Of a stretch of DNA of 64,000 nucleotides, positions 51,801 to 62,200 are shown piece after piece. A model generated the notes under the pieces. The model did not search any database and was not told where the DNA came from. It worked only from the letters and a program-made list of their open reading frames with translations. Every line of letters starts with the position of its first letter. The first letter of the stretch is position 1. The translations under genes and the position numbers were made by a program. This stretch comes from an uncultured virus (IMG/VR IMGVR_UViG_3300028392_001454) (lineage: Duplodnaviria; Heunggongvirae; Uroviricota; Caudoviricetes; Crassvirales): the IMG/VR virus record IMGVR_UViG_3300028392_001454. One strand, 5' to 3'.

Positions 51801-54551
51801 TATTTAGAAACAAAAAAAGACCCTTATGAGGTTGGTAATCATTTAGATTATAATGTGAAGTCTATTAATGGATTTATATACATTTCTGCTGATAGAGGTT
51901 ATATTCAAGTTTTAAACTCTGATGGTACACCTTTAAAAAAAGGACATAAAATTTATTGAACAATTTAAAAACAAATAAAATTATGGTGCAAGGCTATTGG
52001 AAAAAAGAAGATAGAGATGCAAGAATGTATTTTTATTATGATGTAATATTAGGTTTAGTTTATTATTCAGGAATTTAAAAAGAAATAAGATGAAACAAAC
52101 AGCAGTAGAATGGTTAGTAAATGAAATCAAGGTAGCAAGAAAACTATGTGATGACTCAAGTATGGAAATGGATATTTGGCATACATTAGATGTGCTAATT
52201 GCTAAAGAAGAACAAGCCAAAGAAATGGAAAATCAACAGAGAAATTATAGTGAGGAAGATATGTTAAAATCTTACCATTGTGGCAGATTATATCTAGGTA
52301 GAGAAGGTGATACAAATTTTCAAGAATTTTTAAAAGAATTAAACAAGTAAGATTATGGAACAAACATTAAAAAAGTTTATGGAAAGCTATAAACATTTAG
52401 GTAAATTCTACAAAACTAAAAAAGAGTTTAAACAACATATACTATCAGGAGAAGTTAAAATAACAATACCTGATATGATTAAGTTTGTAGAAGACCACGA
52501 AAAAAAATATAATGAAATAGAAGTAATTGAACTATTACAAAAAGCTCTTACACATAAAGATGATGGAGAAACAGGTAGTTTAGTTACAGCACAAGGAGAA
52601 ATAAGAACAGCTAACTTTTATAGTTGGTTTGAAAAATTTAAAAAAGAAAAAGGATTATGAAATACAAATTAATAAAAACCTATCCAGGCTCTCCTGAGTT
52701 GGGAACAGAGGTAGATAAAAAAGATAGCGATACTTATGTATCTAGTACTTATCTTACTTTTAGACATGATAACGTAGAGGAGTATCCTGAGTATTGGGAG
52801 AAGGTTAATGATCATTTGTGGTGGTGTGTTTGGAAAGAAGATTATATTCAAGATGATAAAGTTTGTTTTAATGCTTGGACACCTAATCTAATAGAATGTA
52901 TATACGCACCTTGGGAAACTGTAAGATGTTTCTTCAAAACCAAAGAAGAGGCTGAGGATTATATATTATACAACAAACCTTGTTTGAGTATAGATGATAT
53001 AGGTAATAATGTTCTATTATGTAATTTATCTAGATTAAAACAAATCGTAAAATCAACACTATGAAGTACATACTAACAATAATAGGCTACGAGCTTTTAA
53101 GAGATAAGATTGTGTGGTTATGGTATTATTTAATTAACAAAGGATCGAAATGACAGACAAAGCAAAGGAGTTAATAGATAAGTATTTAAGAACATATCCA
53201 ATATATGATAATCCAACTGTAGTAATATCTTATACTTATAATGAAGCTAAACAATGTGCATTAATAGCAGTTGATGAAGTTATCAAGGCACTACAAGAAC
53301 ACCAATGGCAGAACAGACATATTATTAATGAGTACGAACAACTTAAAAAAGAATTATATGAGGGAATATAAAAACAGATACGGTGATGTGTTTACGTTCA
53401 CTAAAGACGAGAACCACGACATACTATGGGAGGGTAACTTTGAGTATTGTAGAGTAGGTATGCCTAATGATTATACAAGAGCATATAATGCTTATTGTGA
53501 AGACATGGGTAATTTACTAACATCAGAAGAGTTTAAAATAGCTGTCCATAAGTATGATAATATCAAGAATGAATACGTTTTAAGTAATAAATATACTATG
53601 ATGGTAGATTGTTTAAGAGATGAAATAGATATGGTGGATCCATCGGGAGGTCCCTATCTATCTAGAGGTATGTCTTTAGATTCTCTTGGATTTAAGGGGT
53701 ATAAAGTTAAAGACTTTAAAAGAATTGAGACTGGATACAAAATCATGACTGATAAATGTCCTATGTGTCATTTAGCTGGAGGTATTCATAAGATGGGTTG
53801 TGAAACAAGAAAAGTAACTATATTATTATGAAAATAGAAATTATAGAGCATTGCTTCGGGCAATATGTCAACGTAGATGGAATAGACGTCTGCGATAGAG
53901 ATGATGTGTACTTAAAGCAGGATGTACAAGACAAGAGACTTCTATTAATAGAAGAACTTAAGGCTAATATGGATGATGTTCATACGGGTGTATGGATTCA
54001 TATAGCCGAAAATTTAATAGACTTTTTTGATAAGAACGTAGATGAGAGTAGTAGTGATGTTTGCGAGCAATGTGGTAACTGGAATAGTAATCAAGTCTAC
54101 GAAAGAAAACAAGCTTTGATAGATATAATGGAAGCAGATGAAAAACTTGGGTTGTATAACGACATTGTAGATGAAAAAGGAAATATTGTAGGTTTTCTTA
54201 AAAAAGATAAATAATATTATGGGAAAAGAAATAAGAATGCCTTATGATGAGTATCAAGATATGGTAGAGCAAGTTAAACTTTCAAAAGATATTGTAGATG
54301 GTGCATTTGTTTATGAAAATGCTTTTAATGGAAGGTGGTTAGTTTATAATAAAGAGGAAGCTCTTGAAAAAATGAAGCACCTTGAAAAATCATTAATGAG
54401 TATAGTAAAAGAAAGAGATAGTGAAATATATAATCTTAAAGAAGATTTAAGGTTTACAGATAAACTATTAAAGAAAAACATAGAACAAAAAAGATTACTA
54501 TATGCTTTCCTAATAGCCTCATTATTGTTTTCAATATTTTCACTTCTTTAA
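48873..54551 (+). CDS. Array of about 22 small hypothetical ORFs (accessory region), including an HExxH protein at 50500-50856
   Basis: Dense short plus-strand ORFs; recurring motifs TAVEWL, AKEME, YTEE.V, W.EKFK.K, ALIAVDE; AHEAFH..NDE.QAYL in 50500. Confidence 0.7.
49832..50179 (+). pseudogene. Cassette ORF interrupted by an in-frame TAA at 50105-50107
   Basis: The frame continues LRDGDLPFPKAKKKWFNEFKKKL* to the family C-terminal motif and an ATGA overlap with 50176. Confidence 0.6.
50162..52092 (+). repeat. Eight dispersed copies of TTTAAAAA(C/G/T)AAATAA(G/A)AT(ATG) at gene junctions
   Basis: Copies start at 50162, 50482, 50950, 51297, 51541, 51729, 51964 and 52074 (some degenerate). Confidence 0.8.
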
Positions 54552-54563
54552 ATAAATAAAATT

Positions 54564-55793
54564 ATGCAACTACGTGACTACCAAATAGATATAGCAAACA
54601 AATCCCTATCCATAATTAAGGAGAAGGGGTTGGTGTACCTATGTGTCGCTGTTCGCTGCGGAAAGACAATCATGGCTCTAGAAACTGCGAGGATGTATGG
54701 AGCGAAGAGGGTTTTGTTTATAACAAAGATCAAAGCCTTCTCATCCATACAGGGTGACTATGATAAGATGGGCTACACCTACGAGCTTAAGATAATCAAC
54801 AAGGAGTCTGTTCATAAGCTTGAGGACACCAGCTATGACTTCATCGTACTTGATGAGGCTCACCAGTACGGTGCAATGCCAAAGCCAGGTAAGTATCAGA
54901 AGATAGTCCGTAAGTTGTTTAGAAAGATGCCGATGATGTTTCTATCTGGGACCATGTCCCCAGAGTCTTACTCTCAAGTCTACCACCAGTTCCAGATCTC
55001 AGACCGATCACCATTCTCTAAGTACACCACGTTCTACAAGTGGGCTGTTGACTATGTTGACGTGTTCATGAAGAACATAGGATACTCTGTGGTTAAGGAC
55101 TACACCAACGCTAAGTATGACAAGATTGTTCAAGCTATCGAGCCGTACATGATCACATTCACACAAGCCGAGGCTAACTTCACCACATCAGTTGAGGAGG
55201 AGATCATTGAGATCGACATGAAGCCAGTTACCTATGAGATAATCAGAAGACTTAAAAAGGACTCGATAGTTAAGGGTAGCAGTGGAAACGTTATAATAGC
55301 TGATACAGCCGTTAAAATGCAGCAGAAGATACATCAGCTCGGATCTGGAACGATCAAGCACGAGGACGGCTCATATCAAGTCATAGACACATCCAAGGCT
55401 GACTACATTAAGTGGAGATTCAAGGATAATAAGATTGGTATATTCTATAAGTACAAGGCTGAGCTTGAGATGTTGCGTCAAGTAATTGGTGCAGAAAACT
55501 TGACACAAGATGTTGACGAGTTCAACAACACAAGTAAGTGGATAGCTCTTCAGTATATTAGTGGAAGAGAGGGAATTAACCTTAGCAAGGCAGACTATCT
55601 GGTGATGTTTAGCATCGACTTCTCAGCTACGACCTACTTCCAAGCAATAGATCGTATGAGTGTAAAGGATCGTACACACAACAAGGTATACTGGCTGTTT
55701 GCTAAGAACACACTAGACAAAAGTATTTATAAAACTGTAACAAATAAAAAATCATTCACCTTAAATTATTTTAAAAAATGGAAGAGTACATAA
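54564..55793 (+). CDS. Superfamily 2 helicase
   Basis: LRDYQ, AVRCGKT, IVLDEAH, LSGT, SGREGINL, QA.DRM. Confidence 0.9.
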   Translation: MQLRDYQIDIANKSLSIIKEKGLVYLCVAVRCGKTIMALETARMYGAKRVLFITKIKAFSSIQGDYDKMGYTYELKIINKESVHKLEDTSYDFIVLDEAHQYGAMPKPGKYQKIVRKLFRKMPMMFLSGTMSPESYSQVYHQFQISDRSPFSKYTTFYKWAVDYVDVFMKNIGYSVVKDYTNAKYDKIVQAIEPYMITFTQAEANFTTSVEEEIIEIDMKPVTYEIIRRLKKDSIVKGSSGNVIIADTAVKMQQKIHQLGSGTIKHEDGSYQVIDTSKADYIKWRFKDNKIGIFYKYKAELEMLRQVIGAENLTQDVDEFNNTSKWIALQYISGREGINLSKADYLVMFSIDFSATTYFQAIDRMSVKDRTHNKVYWLFAKNTLDKSIYKTVTNKKSFTLNYFKKWKST

Positions 55794-55996
55794 AAATGAG
55801 AAACAGCGGAAGATATAATATTAACTGGTTCTACAACCACTATCTTGAGAATACTACCAAGCATATTGATATTGATAACTTCAGTATGATATTTAATTCG
55901 GTTGACCTTAACAATATACTAGAGCATATTGATCGTAAGTTTAAACTTAATATAATAACTGATTCCAAGGGTAACTTTATAAAGGTAGCAGAATGA
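55778..55996 (+). CDS. Hypothetical protein
   Basis: 72-aa ORF between the helicase and the nuclease. Confidence 0.55.
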   Translation: MEEYIKMRNSGRYNINWFYNHYLENTTKHIDIDNFSMIFNSVDLNNILEHIDRKFKLNIITDSKGNFIKVAE

Positions 55997-56256
55997 GTAG
56001 CAAGTTTCAAACAAAGATTATCAACCAGTACAAGTCAACTGGGCATATCGTTATGAACGTTATTAAGCTTAGTGAGAATGGATATCCAGACCTTATAGCA
56101 CTTAAGGATGGTGTGGCTACATTTATAGAGTGTAAGGAGTACAACGACACATTAAAGCCTTTGCAAGAGCATAGGATAGACGAACTAATAAGGCAGGGCT
56201 TCAAAGCCTTCTGCATTCAAGATAAGAAAGGTATAATATATGGAGACAACAGTTAG
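55993..56256 (+). CDS. VRR-NUC domain nuclease
   Basis: Q.KI, NGYPDL, FIECK, L.PLQ..R...L...GF. Confidence 0.85.
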   Translation: MSSKFQTKIINQYKSTGHIVMNVIKLSENGYPDLIALKDGVATFIECKEYNDTLKPLQEHRIDELIRQGFKAFCIQDKKGIIYGDNS

Positions 56257-56578
56257 TTTAGCAAAAGAGCTAGGAATGACCAAGGAAAGTATAGTTGCTA
56301 GAGCTAGGTCGTTAGGCATTCAGAAGACTGGATACAGGTGGATCTTTACAGATATCGAGGCTGGTCTGATCTGTGACTACCAATCAAAGCCTTCGTTTAA
56401 GGATAAGTACCACAAGAGAAAGATCAATATAATAGACTTCTTTATGTCAAACTCCAACAACACAAGGCTTGATATATCAAGAAAGATGGACCTACCTATG
56501 TCAAGAATTGACGCAACTATTAATGAATGGTGTGATAATGACCACTTTATTATTGTAGAAAGTAAAATAAATGAATAA
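56240..56578 (+). CDS. Putative HTH DNA-binding protein
   Basis: LAKELG.T..SI..RA..LGI plus a second HTH-like segment; ends ESKIN. Confidence 0.55.
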   Translation: METTVSLAKELGMTKESIVARARSLGIQKTGYRWIFTDIEAGLICDYQSKPSFKDKYHKRKINIIDFFMSNSNNTRLDISRKMDLPMSRIDATINEWCDNDHFIIVESKINE

Positions 56579-56605
56579 TTTATGCGATATATAGAGATTA
56601 ATCTC

Positions 56606-56613
56606 TACATTTG
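56606..56613 (+). promoter_or_regulatory. -7 promoter element TACATTTG
   Basis: TAnnTTTG upstream of a small acidic ORF (ATG 56629) and the phosphoesterase. Confidence 0.6.
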
Positions 56614-56783
56614 TAAAAAAATAACAAAATGGAAAAATACGTAAACCACATTATGGATACCATAAACCTATACTCTGACAACATTTACGAGAGTCTTATG
56701 GATAATGATACAGATGAATTAAATAAGAACATATCACTTTTAATCAATTTGTTGAAAGATATTCAACACAAAGAAGAAATCTA

Positions 56784-58364
56784 ATGAAAAAATATCCAAT
56801 CGAAGATATTATTAAACTTGTGCAAGAGGGTAATAATATAACTAAAAGCACTCAGATTGCATGTGAGTCTAATGGAATACCCTACTCAGACACAGCTAGA
56901 AGGAGTGTATCTAAGCAGCTGGAGACTAGAGGTCTTACAGACAACACAACAGATGCAGAGCTAGAGCAGACAGACGTTTTTAAGGATGCCAAGAACAAAG
57001 TTCTTGATCACTCTAAGACTAGGTTTATAGTGTCATGGGCTCAGAGTGAGACTGAGATACATGAGCAGTTCCTTGAAAATATGGAGGCTTACGCAAATCA
57101 TATTGATGCTGAGATATCCATAATTGCTGGTCGTTATAAGAACCCCACAACAGTTAACTCTAATAAGCACACAAAGGATAAGGAGAAGGACCTGTCTAAC
57201 ACATGGCATGAAAGGGTTATACCATACCTTGATGCGGCTAGACACAAGATACATCCAAACCTTTGTATCCTATCCGATGTTAAGGTTCAGCCAACGGCAT
57301 CCACTCCGCTGTCTGGTCTTAACGGACTAACTGGTCTTGAGTCATGCATTATAGGTCACCCAAGGGTTCACCTTAAGTCACTCCCAATACTTGATGGTTA
57401 TCCTCACAAGCTTTTAGTTACAACTGGATCAGTTACGGTGGATAACTATACAGACACCAAGTCTGGTAAGAAGGGTGAGTTCCACCACACGCTTGGATTT
57501 GTTGTGGTTGAGCTGGATGGTGACGTGTTCCACATAAGACAGGTTACAGCTGACGATGATGGATCGTTCTACGATCTTATGTATCATGTTGATAATGGTT
57601 TGGTTGATGATCACACAGACATGGGACCGCTTGCTATTGTGTTTGGAGACCTTCACCTTGGAGAGACTAATAACGATATATTAAAGGTTTCGTTTGATAT
57701 GGCTGACGCACTTGGATGCACTAAGATAGTCCTTCATGATGTGTTCAACGGACACAGTATATCACACCATGAGCGAAATATGCCGTTTACTCTAATGAAC
57801 AGAGAGAAGGACGGATCAGATGATCTACTTGCAGAGCTTCATGACATGGTTGAGTTCTTTGACAGGTACTCCGACTACTACTTTATATTGGTTAGAAGCA
57901 ATCATGATGAGTTCCTAGACCGCTGGCTTAATGATGTTGACTGGAGAAAGATGAACAACAAGTACGCATACCTTAAGCTAGCCAACAGCTTATCTGACGA
58001 TACGTTAGGTAAGGGGATCATACCATTGTTCTTAGACGAACAGCACGTTGATAACGTTTACTGTCTTGGTATAGACGAGAGCTATAGGATAGGAGATATA
58101 GAGTGTGGTATGCACGGTCATAAGGGAGCTAACGGATCAAGAGGTGGTGTTATGCAGTTCAAGAACATGAACACCAAGAACATCACTGGTCACACTCACA
58201 CCCCTTGCAGAGAGGACGGTCACAGCTCTGTAGGTACACTTACTCATCTAAGAGTAGGGTACAATGTAGGAATGAGTAGCTGGATGAACTCTAATATAGT
58301 TATCTATCCTAATGGGAAACATCAACATGTACATATTATTAACAACAAATACACAACATTATGA
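56784..58364 (+). CDS. Calcineurin-like metallophosphoesterase resembling T5 A1 protein
   Basis: GDLH, HDVFNG.S.SHH, SNHD, HGH.G.NG.RG, GHTH; N-terminal GHP..., TTGSVT..NY...K.G.K..FHH..G. Confidence 0.8.
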   Translation: MKKYPIEDIIKLVQEGNNITKSTQIACESNGIPYSDTARRSVSKQLETRGLTDNTTDAELEQTDVFKDAKNKVLDHSKTRFIVSWAQSETEIHEQFLENMEAYANHIDAEISIIAGRYKNPTTVNSNKHTKDKEKDLSNTWHERVIPYLDAARHKIHPNLCILSDVKVQPTASTPLSGLNGLTGLESCIIGHPRVHLKSLPILDGYPHKLLVTTGSVTVDNYTDTKSGKKGEFHHTLGFVVVELDGDVFHIRQVTADDDGSFYDLMYHVDNGLVDDHTDMGPLAIVFGDLHLGETNNDILKVSFDMADALGCTKIVLHDVFNGHSISHHERNMPFTLMNREKDGSDDLLAELHDMVEFFDRYSDYYFILVRSNHDEFLDRWLNDVDWRKMNNKYAYLKLANSLSDDTLGKGIIPLFLDEQHVDNVYCLGIDESYRIGDIECGMHGHKGANGSRGGVMQFKNMNTKNITGHTHTPCREDGHSSVGTLTHLRVGYNVGMSSWMNSNIVIYPNGKHQHVHIINNKYTTL

Positions 58365-58648
58365 TTAGTTCAGAAGAAATTTTAACATCTCTAGTAAATA
58401 AAATCAATAGAGATCCAATGAATCCAAAGAAATTTTACTTTACTTTTAAAGAAACGATAGATATAGATAAATATATAACACTTGACATAATGTTCGGAGT
58501 TAGTGAAAATCAATCTTACACATTCAGAAAATTTGTAACAAATGGAACAAGCAAGGATGAATGTAGAAAAGAATTATATGATATGGCTGTATCTAAAATT
58601 TTTGAAATTATTTACGATGTTATAGACAATAAATACACAACACTATGA
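58361..58648 (+). CDS. Hypothetical AT-rich inserted ORF
   Basis: Flanked by a 24-nt direct repeat encoding NKYTTL*. Confidence 0.65.
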   Translation: MISSEEILTSLVNKINRDPMNPKKFYFTFKETIDIDKYITLDIMFGVSENQSYTFRKFVTNGTSKDECRKELYDMAVSKIFEIIYDVIDNKYTTL

Positions 58649-59166
58649 AAGAATATTTTTGCATAAAAGATTATTTAATGGAAGACGGAAGGCTAGCTTA
58701 CAGGGCTGGAGAGACATACAAAGTCACAGAGAAGTTAAAGGATGAGGGTGAGGACGGATGGTTCGTGCTTCCTAGCTTATTTGACCAAACACATAAAATG
58801 AAAACAGATGAAGACTTCTTTGACTACTTCATTGATATTAAGAAGGAACAGAAGAAGGTTATTAAACGACTTAAAAATCATAACAAACATCTACCTTGGG
58901 CTCCTTATAGTAGCACAAAAGGAGGTATGTTCTTAGACGAATTCGTAAACGGAATAACTGTCAATGAACCACAAGTAATAACTCCTAAAGACTCAATAGT
59001 CGAGAGCGTTATAGAGCGATTTAGAGACCGTTCTGAGGTAGGAATTAAGAAATATAATACTACGTTAGATAGAAACGATTTAAGTGTCTTAGAATGGCTG
59101 CAACATCTTCAAGAGGAAATTATGGATGCTTGTTTATATATTGAAAAATTAAAGAAAGAACTATGA
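58645..59166 (+). CDS. Protein with C-terminal all-alpha NTP-pyrophosphatase (MazG-like) domain
   Basis: R..VG.KKY.TTL.R.DL...W..HL.EE..DA..Y. Confidence 0.55.
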   Translation: MKEYFCIKDYLMEDGRLAYRAGETYKVTEKLKDEGEDGWFVLPSLFDQTHKMKTDEDFFDYFIDIKKEQKKVIKRLKNHNKHLPWAPYSSTKGGMFLDEFVNGITVNEPQVITPKDSIVESVIERFRDRSEVGIKKYNTTLDRNDLSVLEWLQHLQEEIMDACLYIEKLKKEL

Positions 59167-59294
59167 AAGAACATAAAATAAACCCAATGCAAAGAATAAA
59201 GATAGTGATGAAGTATCTAATGGACCGTGGTGCAAATAAAGAATCTGTCAATAATGTTTACAGAAACATACTAAAGAACAAGGGAGCTAATTAG
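59163..59294 (+). CDS. Last plus-strand ORF, 43 aa
   Basis: Manual translation MKEHKINPMQRIK...KNKGAN*. Confidence 0.55.
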   Translation: MKEHKINPMQRIKIVMKYLMDRGANKESVNNVYRNILKNKGAN

Positions 59295-59299
59295 CTCCC
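59282..59299. terminator. Palindrome at the convergence point, probable bidirectional terminator
   Basis: Perfect palindrome gggagctaattagctccc containing both convergent stop codons; T-rich downstream on the plus strand. Confidence 0.6.
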
Positions 59300-62200
59300 C
59301 TTCTTTTTATTTCTTCTTTTTGTTTCTTAGCCTCAGCTCTAAGCTCTTCTTTAGTCATAAATTCTGGGGTTTTAGGAGTCATTTTTCTTAAACCTATATT
59401 CTGTAAGAATCTATTTTTAAGTGTACTCTTATCTCTTCCTATTAACTCTCCTTCTTCATTTGTGTCGTAGAACTTAGATATATCAGCAGCAGCTCTTCCG
59501 TAAGGAACAGATGGACTGTATAATGGACTCATTCCTTCATTAAATACTGGAATAGTTCTTAACATAGAAGACATATTAGATGTAACAGATTTCTGAATCT
59601 TATCCATATCCTCTCCTTCTTTAGCCATTATTCTATTATTATTAGCTATTATCAAAGCTGGATAAGTAAAAGCCAAGTGTGATAGTGGTTTGGATCCTTC
59701 ATGACCTAAGTTATGTCCGAACAATTCTAACTCTCCTTGAGCAAGCTCTCCTTCTTTTCTTTTTCTATCTTTGTCAGCTGTAAATCCTCCAAAACGAAGA
59801 TATCCCATAGCAGCTAATCCAGCCATAACAAGACCTAAACCTCCCTTTCTATAACATCTAAATATAAGATCTACCTTATCAGAAGGCATTTTTTTAATCT
59901 CTTTAGTTATAGATTCTTTTATTGGTTCAGAGTTTTTAACACCATCAAATATACCTTTTACAACTGCCTTACCATGTATAGCAGATCCAAACATACTTCC
60001 CAATAAATACTCTTGTATGGCTTCCCTTCCAATATTAACCCCTGTTCTAATAATAGGGTATTTTGCTTTAAATAACGCAGAAGCTACTTTACCATATTTC
60101 TCCCATTTAGGATTCTTAGGATTCTCAAGAGCTTGACCTATAGATTTCATAGCACTAGTAGCATAGTTGTCCTGTTGGTATTTACCCATCATAAAGTTAA
60201 CTAAACTCTCATCTATAGTTTCAATTATTACATTAGGATCAGATATGTCTACTCCTAATTTTGATTTTTGATCAAGTCTAGAAACAAATGAAGCAGCAAA
60301 CTCAGCTCTTGCAGAGAAGTTTTTAAAGTAACCATGAGAAGCTCCCATAGCACCCATTAACATTTCTGTTTTTTCTAATCCTGTCATTTTATTCCATCCT
60401 ACCTTCTCTCCTTTTCCAGTCATCTCTTCTAGTGTAGAAGCTGCTTTTAAAAATACATCAGAAGAGTCTTTCCATGCATCACTTCCTATCCAGTCGTATA
60501 TAAAGTTAGACTGATTAGCAACTAATGCGTTTCTTAACTTCTCTTTATTCTTATCTGTTGGATTTGAATTATAATTATCTTCAGCTGTTTTAAGATTTTT
60601 TTCTGTCTTAGCCCATATTTTTTTCATCCCTTCTGGACCAAGTTTAGCATAATGAGCTCTGTATCTTTGTTTTTCTTTAAGTGATGATATCTTACCTTCA
60701 GAACCAGCTCGTTTGCTTAACTCTGGAAATAATGTATGTGCAGCCAATCCAAAAGTAGATTCAGTTAATGTGTTTAAAGGTTGTTTAGCTAAACCAGATG
60801 CAACCACATTTGCACTTGTACCTAAACCACCGATAAGTTCATTAACTAAGAATGATTGACCAAGGCTTAGTCCTTTCTCCCACCACTTCATATTCTTTTG
60901 AGCAGCTATATCACGCATTCTTCTATACTTAGTGTCAATAGCTCTAGCTTTCATCTCAAGCTTAATAGCCTCAGCATCAGTCTTTAATCTCTGAGTTCTA
61001 GGTTTTTCTTCAAACTCTCCATTATTTATTTTCTCTTCGCTAGATTTTATCTTTCTTTCTAGATTGGTTTTATGTCTAGATAATAAAACATCTTGTTCAT
61101 TATTAGCTGAGTTAGATCTATTTTCAACATTAGTTTCAGCTATTTTATTTAAAATATTATCATTTCCAGCTACATCAACTTTAACTTCATCTAGTTTTTT
61201 AATACCTCTTTCAACAGCATTATTTATTTTCTCTGAAGTATTTTCGTTTACTTTTGTAGATTCAATATCGCTTTTTACTTTATTAAGATGAGCTATATCT
61301 TCATTAGATACATTTCCAGATTCAATCTCTTTATCTATAGTTTCTAATATAGAATCTACATTTTCATTAAAGCTTTTAGCTAATTGCTTTTTAACTTCTA
61401 CTTCTTTAGAGCTAGCTCTTTCAATCTCAATCCCTTTACTTTTTAATATAGTATCAAGTTTTTTTCTTAATGCATTTTCTTCTTCAGTAAGTTTTCTTCT
61501 CTTAACAGGATTCTTTTCTTTTACTTTATTTTCTTTTATATTATCTAACTGAGCCTCTAACTTAGCTATACCATTAAGTTCAGCTTTAGCTTCTGCTTTA
61601 GTAGCATCTATAATATTTTTACTTTCAAGCTTAAACTCTCCAGTCTTTAAGAATGCATCTCTTACTTGTTGGTCTGTAATGTTTGGATAGATTTCTCTAA
61701 GATCAGTATTCATTTGATCAAAAAGCTCTCTACCTCTTAAACCTTCTTCGATATATGTATCTACTAGTTTGCTAATATCTCCTTTAGCTACAGATACTTT
61801 AGATAACGAATCTTTAGATTCTGATTTAATATTATCTAGAATATCTTTTTTATCCATACCACCTAGTATGGATTTTATTAAATCATTTTCATCAATGTCT
61901 TTATATTCAGGCATTTTTAAAATATCTTTAATAGCATCTCCTAGTTTTGCACCATTCTCTACAAGCTTAGCTATAGCTTCAATAGCTGCGTCATATGCAC
62001 CTAAAGATAGATCTGTTCTTAAACCTCCTTTAGATAATTTAGCTTGTCTTATTTTATCGGCTAATTCTTTACCAGACTCTGTTAATTTTTTATTTATTCT
62101 TTCAGATTTTGTCTTACTTACACTTTCTTTTATTCTTCTATTTAGCTCAGCATCAAAATCCTCTTGAGAATATTCAGGCATTTTATCATAATCATTAGCC

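Noticed and set aside
50162..52092. CRISPR array suggested by the recurring 20-nt repeat
   Set aside because: Spacing is irregular (about 110-470 nt), the intervals are whole ORFs, the repeat is not palindromic and no cas genes are present.
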